Positions 44,658 to 56,156 of a DNA stretch of 64,000 nucleotides are shown piece by piece (within the stretch, counting starts at the first letter, position 1; every line of letters starts with the position of its first letter). Source of the stretch: an uncultured Verrucomicrobiae bacterium (GTDB lineage Bacteria > Verrucomicrobiota > Verrucomicrobiia > Chthoniobacterales > Chthoniobacteraceae); assembly GCA_963769025.1 (NCBI GenBank), contig CAVYKI010000003.1, positions 128,001 through 192,000 of the forward strand, written 5' to 3'. The notes beneath the pieces are model-generated. The model did no database searches, had not been told where the DNA came from, and worked only from the letters and a program-made list of their open reading frames with translations. The translations under genes were made by a program, and so were the position numbers.

Positions 44658-45596
44658 ATGAAAATCGACCGTTCTCACAGCCTCTGGATCCTCTTCGTCG
44701 TCCTCGCCACCTGCGGCGCGACTCTGCTGTACGTCGCGAACTTCTTCCCGCACCTCCTGCCGTTTCCGTTTCGGCTCCCCGCCATGCTCGGCAAGGCGCC
44801 GCCCTCGCACAACACCTACGGCGGCACGCCGCTCGGGTTGATTTTTGGCTCCGTCGCCTTCCTTATTTTTCTTTTCGCCTCCGCGCTCGGCATCCGGAAA
44901 AAGAAGCGCACGTGGCCCATCGGCAGCGTGCAGTTCTGGCTGAAAGGGCACATCTGGCTCACGATCCTCACCATCCCGCTCGTGCTCTTTCACTGCGGAT
45001 TCCACAGCGGCGGCATCCACACGAGCGCGCTCATGATCCTCTACGCCATCGTCATGGGCTCCGGATTTTTCGGCCTCGCGCTGCAGCAGTTCATGCCGCG
45101 CCTGATGCTGGAACGCCTGCCGCGCGAGGTGGTCTTCGAGCAGATCCCCTACCTCCGTAATCGCCTCCTCGAATCCGCGAACAAACTCCGCGACACCCTC
45201 GCGAAATCGCAACCCGTCACCGCAGCCGCGGGCTCGCAGCCGCAACCGCCTGCCGCCGTCGCGGACGATTCCTCCGTCCAGGTGCTCATCCGCTTTCTGG
45301 ATCGCGACTGTCTCCCTTACCTTTCCGCAAAACGCGGCACCCGCCATCCGCTCGGCGTCGAACAGATCGCGGCGAGCACGTTCAGCAGGCTGCGGATGAA
45401 TGTGGAGGAGCAATGGAAGCCGCGGGTGGACGCCATGCAAAACTGGTGCACCGACCGCCGGCTCATGGATCTCCAGACGAAACTCCAGCACTGGCTGCAC
45501 GGCTGGCTGCTCCTCCACGTGCCCACGTCGTTTGCGCTGCTCATCTTCACGGCATGGCACGCCGTCGTCGCCCTGCGTTTCATGCTGCCCGGGTAG
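44658..45596 (+). CDS. Integral membrane protein, ferric-reductase-like putative diheme cytochrome b
   Basis: About five hydrophobic helices; two H-x13-H pairs (HIWLTILTIPLVLFH, HVPTSFALLIFTAWH). Confidence 0.75.
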   Translation: MKIDRSHSLWILFVVLATCGATLLYVANFFPHLLPFPFRLPAMLGKAPPSHNTYGGTPLGLIFGSVAFLIFLFASALGIRKKKRTWPIGSVQFWLKGHIWLTILTIPLVLFHCGFHSGGIHTSALMILYAIVMGSGFFGLALQQFMPRLMLERLPREVVFEQIPYLRNRLLESANKLRDTLAKSQPVTAAAGSQPQPPAAVADDSSVQVLIRFLDRDCLPYLSAKRGTRHPLGVEQIAASTFSRLRMNVEEQWKPRVDAMQNWCTDRRLMDLQTKLQHWLHGWLLLHVPTSFALLIFTAWHAVVALRFMLPG

Positions 45597-45605
45597 TTCA
45601 CGCGC

Positions 45606-47216
45606 ATGGACGGCAACTCTCCAACGCCAAAGCAGTCCTCCCAAAAGTATTGGGGCAATCTCGGCTACTTCCGGAAATCGCACTACATGCGCCGGCTCCG
45701 CGGCTGGTGCTTCGCGATCACCGCCCTCTGCGCGATCGTCGCGGCCGCGACCTATCACTACTGGGGCACCGGCCGGATTTTCAGCAAAGGTCCCATCTCG
45801 CAAAACCACGCGAGCTTCGCGAACGACTGCCGCGCCTGCCACATCGACGCGGAGATCGACACGCTCAAGGCCGCGCTTTCCGAAAGGCCGAGCGGCGCTT
45901 CGCTGCAGACGATCCTCACCGCGGGCAGTTCGCGCGATGGCAAGTCCGCCCACTGGCCGGCCGAGCGCTCCCGCATGGATGAGGCCTGCCTGAAGTGCCA
46001 CGCAAATACCGCCCTGCACGCCCCGCAAACCGCCGCGCTCGCGCTCCGCAACGTTTCCACCGAGATGGCGCAGGTGCATGCCACGCAATGTTTCACCTGT
46101 CACCGCGAGCATGTCGGCCATGGTGCGATCGTCCCTCCGGACCGCCAGACCTGCACGTCGTGTCACAACAGCGCCGAGGAACTCCGGCTCGCGCGCACCT
46201 CACTCCCGCTCAAAGGCCAGCCCGTCGCCGCGACCGGCGAAAATCGCGACCTCGGCGACGGATTGATCCGCTTTCTCGCGCCAGCGGAAAAATCGCGCCC
46301 GGTGAAGCCCTTCGCCGACTACACCGGGCATCCGCCGTTCAGCTACGAAAAGGCCGGCCTCCGCGATCCGGCGGACCTGAAATACAACCACGCACGCCAC
46401 GAGCGCGACGATGTCACCGTCCTCGGGCCGAACAAAAAGCTCGCCTGCGCCGACTGCCACACGCCCGGCCCCGGCGGCGCATACTACCAGCCAGTGAGCT
46501 ACGCGAAGCACTGCCAGCAATGCCACTCGCTGCAGATTCTCCCGGATTTGCCAAACCTGCTCATCCCGCACGGCGACGCGCAAAAGGTCCGCTATTTCCT
46601 CGCGAGCATCCGGGTGGCGATCGAGAACGCGCTCCGCGCCGAAGGCACCACCGACGCGGCGGAACTCTCCAAACGGGCGGAGACCGAACAGCAAACCCTG
46701 CGCAACCGCGGACTCGATACGCTCGTCGAACTCGAACAGCGCGTCTTTTTCGACGGCGACCCGAAGGACAGCCCGAACGACCGCCGCATGCGCGCCGGCA
46801 ACCGGAAATTCCTCACCGAATGCGCCAAATGCCACACGGTCAACCCGGCCGAGCCCGGCAAATCCCCGCGCGTGAACCCGCCCAACATGGCCGAGCGCTG
46901 GGTGCAGCGCGGCCCGTTCACTCATCTGCCGCATACACACATGGAATGCGCGGACTGCCACGCCACCGCGCACACGAGCAAGCTGACAAGCGACATCCTC
47001 ATGCCGCCGCAAAAACTCTGCGCCGAATGCCACCGTCCCCCGGCCACCCCAAGCCCGCTCGCGGTGGCCAGCTTCAAATCCCCCACCCCATCGACAGCCG
47101 CCGAAGCACTCGCAGCCAAACAGCGCCACAGCGGCGGCATCAAATGGGACTGCCAGAGCTGCCACGCATTCCACGCCCCGGCCGCCCCCAGCCCATCGGC
47201 CCCGGCGAATCGCTGA
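45606..47216 (+). CDS. Membrane-anchored decaheme c-type cytochrome (c3-like)
   Basis: N-terminal TM helix, GPISQNHA, 10 CxxCH (CRACH, CLKCH, CFTCH, CTSCH, CADCH, CQQCH, CAKCH, CADCH, CAECH, CQSCH). Confidence 0.88.
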   Translation: MDGNSPTPKQSSQKYWGNLGYFRKSHYMRRLRGWCFAITALCAIVAAATYHYWGTGRIFSKGPISQNHASFANDCRACHIDAEIDTLKAALSERPSGASLQTILTAGSSRDGKSAHWPAERSRMDEACLKCHANTALHAPQTAALALRNVSTEMAQVHATQCFTCHREHVGHGAIVPPDRQTCTSCHNSAEELRLARTSLPLKGQPVAATGENRDLGDGLIRFLAPAEKSRPVKPFADYTGHPPFSYEKAGLRDPADLKYNHARHERDDVTVLGPNKKLACADCHTPGPGGAYYQPVSYAKHCQQCHSLQILPDLPNLLIPHGDAQKVRYFLASIRVAIENALRAEGTTDAAELSKRAETEQQTLRNRGLDTLVELEQRVFFDGDPKDSPNDRRMRAGNRKFLTECAKCHTVNPAEPGKSPRVNPPNMAERWVQRGPFTHLPHTHMECADCHATAHTSKLTSDILMPPQKLCAECHRPPATPSPLAVASFKSPTPSTAAEALAAKQRHSGGIKWDCQSCHAFHAPAAPSPSAPANR

Positions 47217-47238
47217 GACCGTTCAGCAAGGGGGCAAT

Positions 47239-49699
47239 TTACTTTTTCCCTGCCGCGCCTTCCATCACGCGGCGGAGCAGTTCCTCTCCGGTCATGCGTG
47301 AAGCGGCTTCGTGCGGGCAGGCGGAGACGCAGCGGGGTTCCGCCACTGCCAGCTTTCCCTCGGCGTCGCAGAGGTCGCAGGTGACGGCCTTTGGCTGCGC
47401 AAGCGAGAGCAGATGGTCGGGGTGATCGGGGTCCGGGAGTTCGACGCGGCGATGCTCGTTTGGCACCATCGTGATGTTGCCGTAGGGGCAGTTGTCCGCG
47501 CAGAGGCCGCAGCCGATGCAGTGATCCTCGATGACGATCTGGAGGTGTTTGCCGCGATGGATGGAATCGACGGGGCAGCCGATCATGCAGTGTGGGTCGG
47601 TGCAGGAGCGGCAGGCGGTGGCGACGGTGAAGCTCTCGAAGCGCACGCCGTCGCGGAGCATGCGCGTGACTGGGACGCCGTGCGAGTCTGTGCCGTGCTG
47701 CTGGACGCAGCCCTTCGTGCATTCGTCGCAACGCGTGCAGAGTTCCATGTCGAGCACGAGGAGCTTCCGCCCTTCGTAGAGGCCGTGCTCGACGTATTCG
47801 CGCAGCAGCGGGTGGCCCTCCACATTGCTGCGAAGCGCCGCGAGGGATTGCTCGACCAGGCGGCGCCGGAGGACGGGGAATTCGCGCACGAGCTGCAGGA
47901 AATCCGTGCGGCTGAGACGCGCCATTTCGAGCGGGCCGAGCGCCGAGCACGTGGCGTTGCGGAAGCCCGCGGGGACGGCATTGGCGAGGTCATCGCCTGC
48001 CGCATCGAGCGCGGCCGCGAGGGCGAGGTCCACTTCCTCGGCGGTCTTGCGGACATCCTGCGGAGAGATGGCGAGCAGGCTGATCTCGCCGAGGATGGCG
48101 CCGGGGCCGCGGGAAAGGACGCCGGTCTCCTTTCCAAAACGCCGGACGCCGACCCGCACGTGGCCGAGCCGGACGAGATACATGGCATTCGCGCGGTCGC
48201 CCTGCCGGAAAAGCGTCTGCCCGGGACTGACGCGCACGAAGGTGAGCCGCGGCCGGAGGAAATCGACGATGCTTTTGAACTCGTCCGCGCCGATGCCATC
48301 GAACAGATCGGCCCCCTGCAGCACGAGGTCGAGCGCGCGCTCGCGGTAGTCGGCCTCGAAGCGCTCGCGCTGGGACGGGAGCCGCATGAGGCGGTCGAGG
48401 ACGTTGCGCCGCACCTCCCACACTTCGGCGTCGCCGACCGCGTGCACGCTGGCCGTCCGCGGCGTCCCGCTCAGGCACGCCATCTCGCCGAAGATCATGT
48501 CTTCGGGGGTGAGCTGAAAATGCAGCGGCGACGCGTCCGGTTGCCGGACGGTGACCTCGAAGTTCCCGCTGCGGATGAGGAACGCGGTGTTGCCCGCGTC
48601 GCCCTGCCGGCACACGACCTGGCCCGCCTTCAGCCTGCGGCGAATGACGAGGCCCTGTTGCCAGAGGAGGAATTTCGGCGAGATGCCGGCGAAGGCCGGG
48701 TCGGAGATCAGTTCCGCGGGCGAGAGCACTTCCTTCGAATGATCGCCGGCGGGGATATTGATGCGCGCGCCGGTCTTGAACGTGATGGCGCTCGTCGGGC
48801 ACGAGACCATGCACTCGCCGCACTGCACGCAGCTCGAATTTCCCATCGGCTCGTTCAGGTCGAAGCTGATCCCGGCGGTCGCGCCCTTGCCGGTCCGGCC
48901 GATGACGTGATTCTCCTGCACCTCGTCGCACGCGCGCACGCAGCGGTCGCAGAGGATGCACGCCGAGTGATCCACGAGGAAGACGGGCGATGAGGCGTCC
49001 AGTGCGCGGCGTCCGACATTGGGCGCAGCGGCGGGCGGCGGATCCGAGAGGACATCGAGCGCGAGGCGCGACGGTTCCGCGCCGCAACGGTCGACCATCT
49101 GGCCGAGTTCGTTGAACGGCGCGAGTTCCTGATCCAGCGCGGGCGGCTCGAACGGCTTGAGATGATTCACCGCGAGCATTTCCGTCATCACTTTCACCGT
49201 CTGCCGCACGCGTTCGCCGTCCTTTCCCGGATCGTTCATCGTGAAGACTTCCATCCCCTCCTTCACCTGATGCTGGCACGCGGGGAGCAGCTTGCGCTCG
49301 GCGGCGCGCTTGCCGCGCTTTTGCCCGTAGATCTGCACGACGCACATGCGGCAGACCGCCACGGGCGTCATGTGCGGCAGATGGCACAGCGTCGGGATCG
49401 GGATCTTCGCCTCGTCGCCCGGCTGCTTCACGTAGAGCTTCACTCGCGGCGTCGTAGATGGTCGTGTAGCGCGGCGTCGTCCGCCCTTCGATGTCCAGCA
49501 CGATGTTGCCGTTCGCGTCCTTCAGCGGCTCGGCGAGCGGCACGGTCACGGACTGGCCGTCGATCTGGAGCGTGACGGTCTTGCCGTAGTCGCCCTCCGT
49601 CGGGGAATCGAGGCGGACGAGCTGGCCGTCGATGTCGCGGCTGAACAGCCCTTCGTCGTCATCGCGAATGAACAGGCCTTCCCCAAGTCCGGGAATCAT
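47239..49699 (-). CDS. Multidomain Fe-S protein: NuoG-like [2Fe-2S] + 2x[4Fe-4S], two cNMP-binding domains, C-terminal 4x[4Fe-4S] (frameshift near 49443)
   Basis: IPTLCH...CRMC...LPAC; CILCDRCVRAC and CVQCGECMVSCP; FGEMACLSGTPRTASV and LGEISLL...RNATC; CTRCDEC...C, CRSC...CMIGCP, CIGCGLCADNCP, CDLC...CVSACP. Confidence 0.85.
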
Positions 49700-51751
49700 G
49701 GCGTGCCCTCCGTGCGTGTTCCCGATGGCGACAGGTGGCTCGCGACGTCATCGGGGAAAAAGGTGAGCGCCGTGAGCAGCGGCATCGGCACCGAGCGGCC
49801 GAGCCCGCAGATGGAAGCCAGCTCGATCGCCTTGCCCATTTCCTTGATGAGCGGGACGAGTTCATCGTTCCAGCGATCGGCGCTGATTTTTCCCGCGAGG
49901 AGGTGCGCGCCGAGCGACGCGAACTTCTGCGACCCGATCCGGCACGGGACGCATTTCCCGCACGACTCGTTGCGGAAAAATTCGATGGAATTGACGGCCT
50001 GCTCCACCATGTCGCGGCCCTCGGCATAGACGACGAGCCCGGCGCCGAGCGCCTGCGTGGGGCTCAGGCGCGCGGAACAGGTTCAGCTCGAGTTCCAGAT
50101 CGAGGATGTCGAGTTCCGTCGCCGCGGGATCGAATCCGCGGCGAGCCGCAAGCGCCTGCCACGCCTTGTTGTTCACATGGTCGCGCGGCAGGCCGTCGGG
50201 CGCGGTCAGCTTCGCGGGCAGAAAGCCGCCGGACGGTCCCGACGGCGCGAAGCCCTTGAGCGCCCGATCACCCGCGATGCCCTGGCAGTACTGCTCGCCG
50301 TGGATGAGTTCGCGCAGGGTCATTCCCATCGGCACCTCGTACACGCCGGGCCGCTTCACGTCGCCGGAGACGGAGAAAAAGCGCCGGCCCTGCCAGCCGT
50401 TCACGCCGAGCGCGGCGTAGGTCTTGCCGCCGTTGATGACGATGTACGGCACCCACGCGAAGGTCTCGACGTTGCTCACGAGCGTCGGGAGATCGTGCAG
50501 GCCGTTGGTCTCGAGCTTCGGCGGCATGTTGCGCGGCTCGCCGCGGCGATCGGACATCGCCTCGATGAGCGCGCTCTGCTCGCCGCAGATGTAGCCGCCG
50601 GGGCTGACGAAGACCGAAATCGGAAAAGGCCGGCCAAGCACCGACGCATTCGGCCCGCAGAATCCGAGCTTCGCCGCGCGCTCGATCTCGGCACGGCATG
50701 CCTCGATCTGCTCGTCGTATTCGTGGCGGATGTAGATGAACCCCTGCGTCGCCTCGGTGATGAGCCCGGCGAGGATCACGCCCTCGACGATCATGTGCGG
50801 CGCGCGGAGCAGCAGCTCGCGGTCCTTGAAGGTGGCCGGCTCGCTCTCGTCGCCATTGACGACGATGAACGCGCGCTCGTCCGTCTCCCGCTGCCGCGCC
50901 TTCCGGACCGCATCGCGCACATCGCGCCACTTTTGCGTCGCCGGGATGCCCGCGCCGCCCATGCCGCGAAGATCCGCGTCCTTGAGTTCATCGAGCAATG
51001 CGTCCGCCCATCCGCCGAGCGCCGCGCCCTTCGCCCAATCCGTCTCCGTCTGCCAGCACAGCACCGCGCCGGCGACCTCGGGCTCCATCGGGAAATCAAC
51101 GCGCATCTGGCGGATGCATCCCTGGCGAAATTCCTCCACGCGCTCCGAGCCCCATCCGGATTGTGTCTTGAGAGCCTCCGCGGCCGCCGCGAGCGACGTG
51201 TCGCGCGCCGCGATCGCCTTTCGCACACCGAGATACTCCGGCGTCTTGCCGCCGTACGGATCGATCATCCAATCCTTCGCCGCATAACCTTGGTCCGCAT
51301 CGTGATCAGGCTCGAGCGGCTCATCCCGCACGCACGCCTCGACCACGCCTCGCAACTCATCAGCCGAACGGCCAAGATAGTACTGCTCATGTCCCGAACC
51401 CTGCACGCTGACGCAAGCCGCCGGCGCCCGATCGCACCGGCCCACGCACGAGACTCCCTCGACCGCGACATGCTCACCGACGAGCGATTGCAACTCGCGC
51501 AGCACCGCTCCCGAACCCGCAAGATGGCAGGTCGTGTCCCGGCAAACGCGCAGGACGACCTTCTTCGGCGGCGAAAGCTGAAAGTGAGGGAAGAAACTCG
51601 CCACCGCCTGCAGGCGATACTGCGGCACGCCCGACTCGTCCGAAAACTGTTCGAGTGCCTCTTTTTTCAAGAACCCGAACTCCTCCTGAATCCGCTGCAA
51701 CGCAGGGACCAGCGTCGCGCCGTAAAGATTGAGAGTCGTCCCGGAGCTCAT
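49696..51751 (-). CDS. NuoE-NuoF-like fusion (NAD(H)-binding flavoprotein with [2Fe-2S] and [4Fe-4S]), frameshift near 50060
   Basis: VASFFPHF, CRDTTC...SCVGRC; LRGMGGAG, NGDESEPATFKDR, YICGEQSAL, NVET, SGDVKRPGVYEVPMG, ESCGKCVPCRIG...SICGLG; ATGA overlap with the downstream gene. Confidence 0.88.
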
Positions 51752-51873
51752 CTTTTCACACTCACCGAACGGCGGTTCAGTGAAAAGAAAATGGTGCGGA
51801 AATCTTCACGGGATTCCGCCTTGGTCACCCCTTCGCACAATTTGAGTCTGCCGCGATCGCGGCGGAGGTCGCC

Positions 51874-54800
51874 TTACACGTTGAGCAGTTCGCGAGTTTC
51901 CCTCTCCGTCAACGGCGGCGGGCCGTCCGCGTCTTCCACCAGCTCCGCCTTGCCACGCTTCCTGCGCCACCACTGCGCGACGTCATCGAAGAACGAATAG
52001 AACACCGGCGTGGCCAGCAGCGTGAGCAGGAGCGAGAGCGTCTGGCCGCCGATGATCACGCCGGCGATGGTGGTGTTCATGCTCGCGCCGATGCCGCGCG
52101 CGAAGATCATCGGGATCATGCCGGCGACGAAGGCGGCCGTGGTCATGAGGATGGGGCGCAGGCGGTCTTTGTTCGCCTGGAGGATGGCGTCGAGCCGCGG
52201 CAGTCCGCGGGCGCGGAGCTGGTTGGTGTGGTCGATCTGCAGGATGCCGTTTTTCTTCACCATGCCGAAGAGCACGAGCACGCCGAGCATCGAGAAAATG
52301 TTCAGCGATTCGCCGAAGATGAGCAGCGAGAGCAGGGCGAAGGGCAGCGTGAGCGGCAGCGCGAGCAGGATGGTGAAGGGGTGAATCCACGACTCGAATT
52401 GCGCGGCGAGCACGAGATACATGAAGAGCGCGGACATGAGCATCGCGGTGACGAAGGCGTTCACGGTGCGCGCCATTTCCTTGGAGCGTCCGACGGCGCC
52501 GGTCTGGTAGTCGGCGGGGAGGTTTTGCTTTTTCACCACGGCGTCGATGGCGGCGAAGATGTCGCTCTCGCCGTAGCCGGGCGCGTTGTTGGCGGTGATG
52601 GTGATCTGGCGCGTGCGGTTGGCGCGATTGATCTGCGCGGGGCCGGTGCGGTGCTCGAAGCGGACGAGGTTCGCGAGCGAAACGGGCGCGCCTTTTTCCG
52701 AAGGCACGGTGAGCAGGCCGAGGGCTTCCTCGCGGTTGCGGTGGCGCTCATCGGCGCGCAGGTGGATGTCATACTGCTCGCCGTTTTCGCTGAAGCTGGA
52801 GACATCCGCGCCCCCGACGAGCAACCGCAGCGTGGAGGAAAGGTCGGCGATGTTCACGCCCATCTGGCCGGCCTTGCTGCGATCGACGATGGCGGTGAGT
52901 TCCGGTTTGCCGCTGATGTAGGTGCTGTCCACGTCGCGGATGCCGGGGATTTTCCGGATCTCGACGAGCGCCTCATCGGCCGCGGCGGTAAGCCGCCCGA
53001 GGTCGGGGCCGGCAATCATGTATTGGACGTTCGCGCTGGACTGGCCGGTCGCGAAGGCGGGCACGAGCGTGACGGTCATGCGGTAGTCGGCGGGATACTT
53101 CGGCACGATCTGCGTGCGCACGAGATCCATCACGGCTTCCTGCGTCTGCGGGCGCTGCGAGGGATCGACGAGACGCACGTAGATGCTCGCGAGGTTCGGC
53201 GTGCGCTGGTCGCTGTCGCCGATGGTCAGCAGCGTGTATTCGACGCCGGGCATCTGCCGGATGTCGCGCGCGACGCGCTCGGCGGCGAGGTCGGTGACGG
53301 CGAGGCTGGAGCCTTCCGGCGTGCGCAGCGAGACCTGGAACTGCGCCTCCTCGGTCGCGGGCAGCAGCGATTTTTGCACGCGATTCATCAGCATCGGGAC
53401 GCTCGCGAGCGCGCCGACGCAGGCGAGCACGACGACCCACCGATGCCGCATGGAGAAGCGCAGCATCGCCATGTAGATGCGCTTCCAGCGGGTGGTAGAA
53501 AACGTTCACGAGCTTCGCCATGCCGCGCTCCAGCCAGTTCGGACGGGTGATTTTCAGCATCCGCGCAGAGAGCATCGGCGCGAGCGTGAAGCTGACGAGC
53601 AGCGACACGGCGATGGCGAAGGACATCGTGAGCCCGAAGCTGCTCATGAAGCGCCCGACCATGCCGCTGAGAAACGCGACCGGCACAAACACGGCGAGCA
53701 GCGAGAGCGTGGTGGCCATGACCGCGAGGCCGATCTCGCGCGTGCCGTCGAGGGCGGCGTCGTGCGCGGACTTCTTCTTCTCCTCGAGGTGCCGGAAGAT
53801 GTTTTCGACCACGATGATGGCGTCATCAATGACGATGCCCACGGCGAGCGCGAGCGCCACGAGGCTGATCATGTTCAGCGTGAGATTCGCGATCCACATG
53901 ATGCCGAAGGCGGCGATGATGGACGTGGGAATCGCCAGCGCGGAGATGAGCGTGGCGCGGCCATTGCCGAGGAAAAACAGCACGACGAGCGCGGCGAGGA
54001 TCGAGCCGAGGACGAGGTGCTCCTTCACCGCGCCGACGCTGGTGCGGATGACGAGCGAGTTGTCGCGCACGACTTCGATCTTGTAGCCGGCGGGCAGCCG
54101 CGCACCGAGCTCGGCGAGCCGCTCCTTGATCGCGTCCACGACGGCGATGGTGTTTTCGCCGGACTGTTTGCGGATGGAAAGGACGACGGTCGGCACGCCA
54201 TTGCGGCGCGCGCTGCTTTGCTGATCCTCCTCGCCGTCCTCCACGCGCGCCACGTCGCCGAGCCGCACGAGTCCGCCCTCATGCTCGCGCACGACGAGGC
54301 GCGAAAGCCGCTCGACGGACAGCACGCGGCCTTCCACGCGCAGTCCCGTTTCCCGCGCCACGCCCTGCACGACGCCCGCGGGGATTTGCACATTCTGCCG
54401 CTGGAGCGCCTTCTCCACGTCGGGCGCGGTGAGGCTGAAGGCGCGCAGCCGCACCGGATCGAGCCACGACATTGATCTGCCGCTTGCGCCCGCCGAGCAG
54501 CGTCACCTGGCCGACGCCGGGGCTGCTCTCCAACTGCCGCCGCAGCACCTTGTCCGCATACTCGGTGATCTCGCGCACCGGGCGCTCGGCGATGAGCGCG
54601 ACATTGAGCACCGGCGCGGCGTCGGCATCGAGCCGCTCCACGCGCGGCGCGTCCGCGGCCTTCGGCAGATCGTTGAGGATGCGGTTCACGCGATCCCGCA
54701 CTTCCTGCGCGCCGACCGCTCCGTCCTTCTCCAGCAAGAAACGCGATGATGACCTGCGAGATGCCTTCGCTGGAGGTCGAGTGCAGCTCGTCAATGCCGC

Positions 54801-55027
54801 TGACGGTGTTGACCGCTTCCTCGATCTTGTTCGTGATCTCGGTCTCGATTTCCTGCGGCGAAGCGCCCGGCATCGAGGTCGTGATGACCACGGTGGGAAA
54901 ATCAATCTTCGGAAAAAGATCCACCGGCAGCCGCGTGTAGCCGAGCACGCCGACGACCACGAAAACGAGCACGAGCACCGTGGCGAACACGGGGCGTTTG
55001 ATCGGAGATTGCGGCGAGCCATTGCAT
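51874..55027 (-). CDS. RND efflux transporter permease (AcrB/AcrD/AcrF family), several frameshifts
   Basis: LPVDLFPKIDFP, IEEAVN, VGIVIDDAIIVVENI, LAAQFES, KNGIL, DRLRPILMTT. Confidence 0.92.
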
Positions 55028-55040
55028 CGTGAGTGGAGCG

Positions 55041-56127
55041 TTAGGGTTGTGCGATGAGCGCGACCTTCATCCCGTCGGTGGCAGCGGCTCCGGGCGTGAC
55101 GACCACGGCATCGCCCTTCAGCACGCCGCGGCGGATTTCCACCGCAGCGCCCTTCGTCTCGCCAATCTCGACGAGCCGCTCCTCGATGCGCCCGTCCTGC
55201 ACGACGAGCACCCTGTTCGAGCCGCCGTCGTTGCGCAGCGCGGTGGCAGGCACAGTCACCGCGCGTTCATCGGCAAGCGCCAGCTTCCCTTCGGCAAACA
55301 TGCCGGGCTTGAGCCGGCCATCCGCGTTGCCGACCTCGGCTTCGACGATGAGATCGCGCTCGGACTCACGCAGCGCCGCGCCGATGAATTTCACCGTGCC
55401 CGTGAACGTCGCTTCGGGAAAAGCCGGCACCGCAAACCTGACAATCTGTCCCTCCTGGATGCTGCCGACGGCTGTTTCCGGCACGTTGAGCAGGAGCCGG
55501 AGCTGGTCCGTCGCCACGAGCTTTGCGACACCCGTGGTGCTGCTCACATACTCGCCGACTTCCGCGAGCCGCTCCGCCACCGTGCCGGCGAAGGGCGCGC
55601 GCAGCACCGTGTCATCGAGCGACTTCTTCGCCTGATCGCGCCGCGCCGTCGCCGCCGCCAGCGCATGCCTCGGCCGTCGCACGGTTAATCTTTTGGCGCT
55701 CGAACTCCGCCGAAGAGATCAGCTTCGTCTTCGCCAGGGTTTCATTGCGGGTGAATTCGCTGCGCGCCCATTCGAGCTTCAGTTCCGCGTCCGCGACGCT
55801 CGCGTCCGCTTCGTGGAGGGCATGGGTCGCCGCGCGATCGTCGAGCTTCAAAATCACGTCGCCCGCTTTCACCACCGAGCCGCGCTCGATCGGCGCGGCG
55901 ACGACCTTGCCGGACGAATCCGGCGCGAGCATGGCCTGCTGGCTGCCCCTGAGTTCGCCCGTCACGCGCAGATACCGCGGCATCGGCTGCTCCTGAGCCG
56001 CGGTCGTCACGACCTTGATGGCCGGTGAATCGGGTGTCGAGGAAGGTGCCGAATTACTCGCCGTCGGACGCGAGCAGGCCGGCAGCAACAGGACGATGAG
56101 AAGAGACAGGCGGGAAAGTTTTTCCAT
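55041..56127 (-). CDS. RND efflux periplasmic adaptor (MFP), frameshift near 55660
   Basis: Lipobox-like LPAC, SGKVV...GSVVKAGD, LRAPFAGTV, LKPGMF. Confidence 0.88.
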
Positions 56128-56156
56128 GACGCGGCGGAGTTTCATTGCTTGCAAAA

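Noticed and set aside
47239..51751. Complex I, [FeFe]/[NiFe] hydrogenase or formate dehydrogenase operon
   Set aside because: No H-cluster, NiFe or molybdopterin-domain motifs and no other nuo genes; cNMP and polyferredoxin domains take their place
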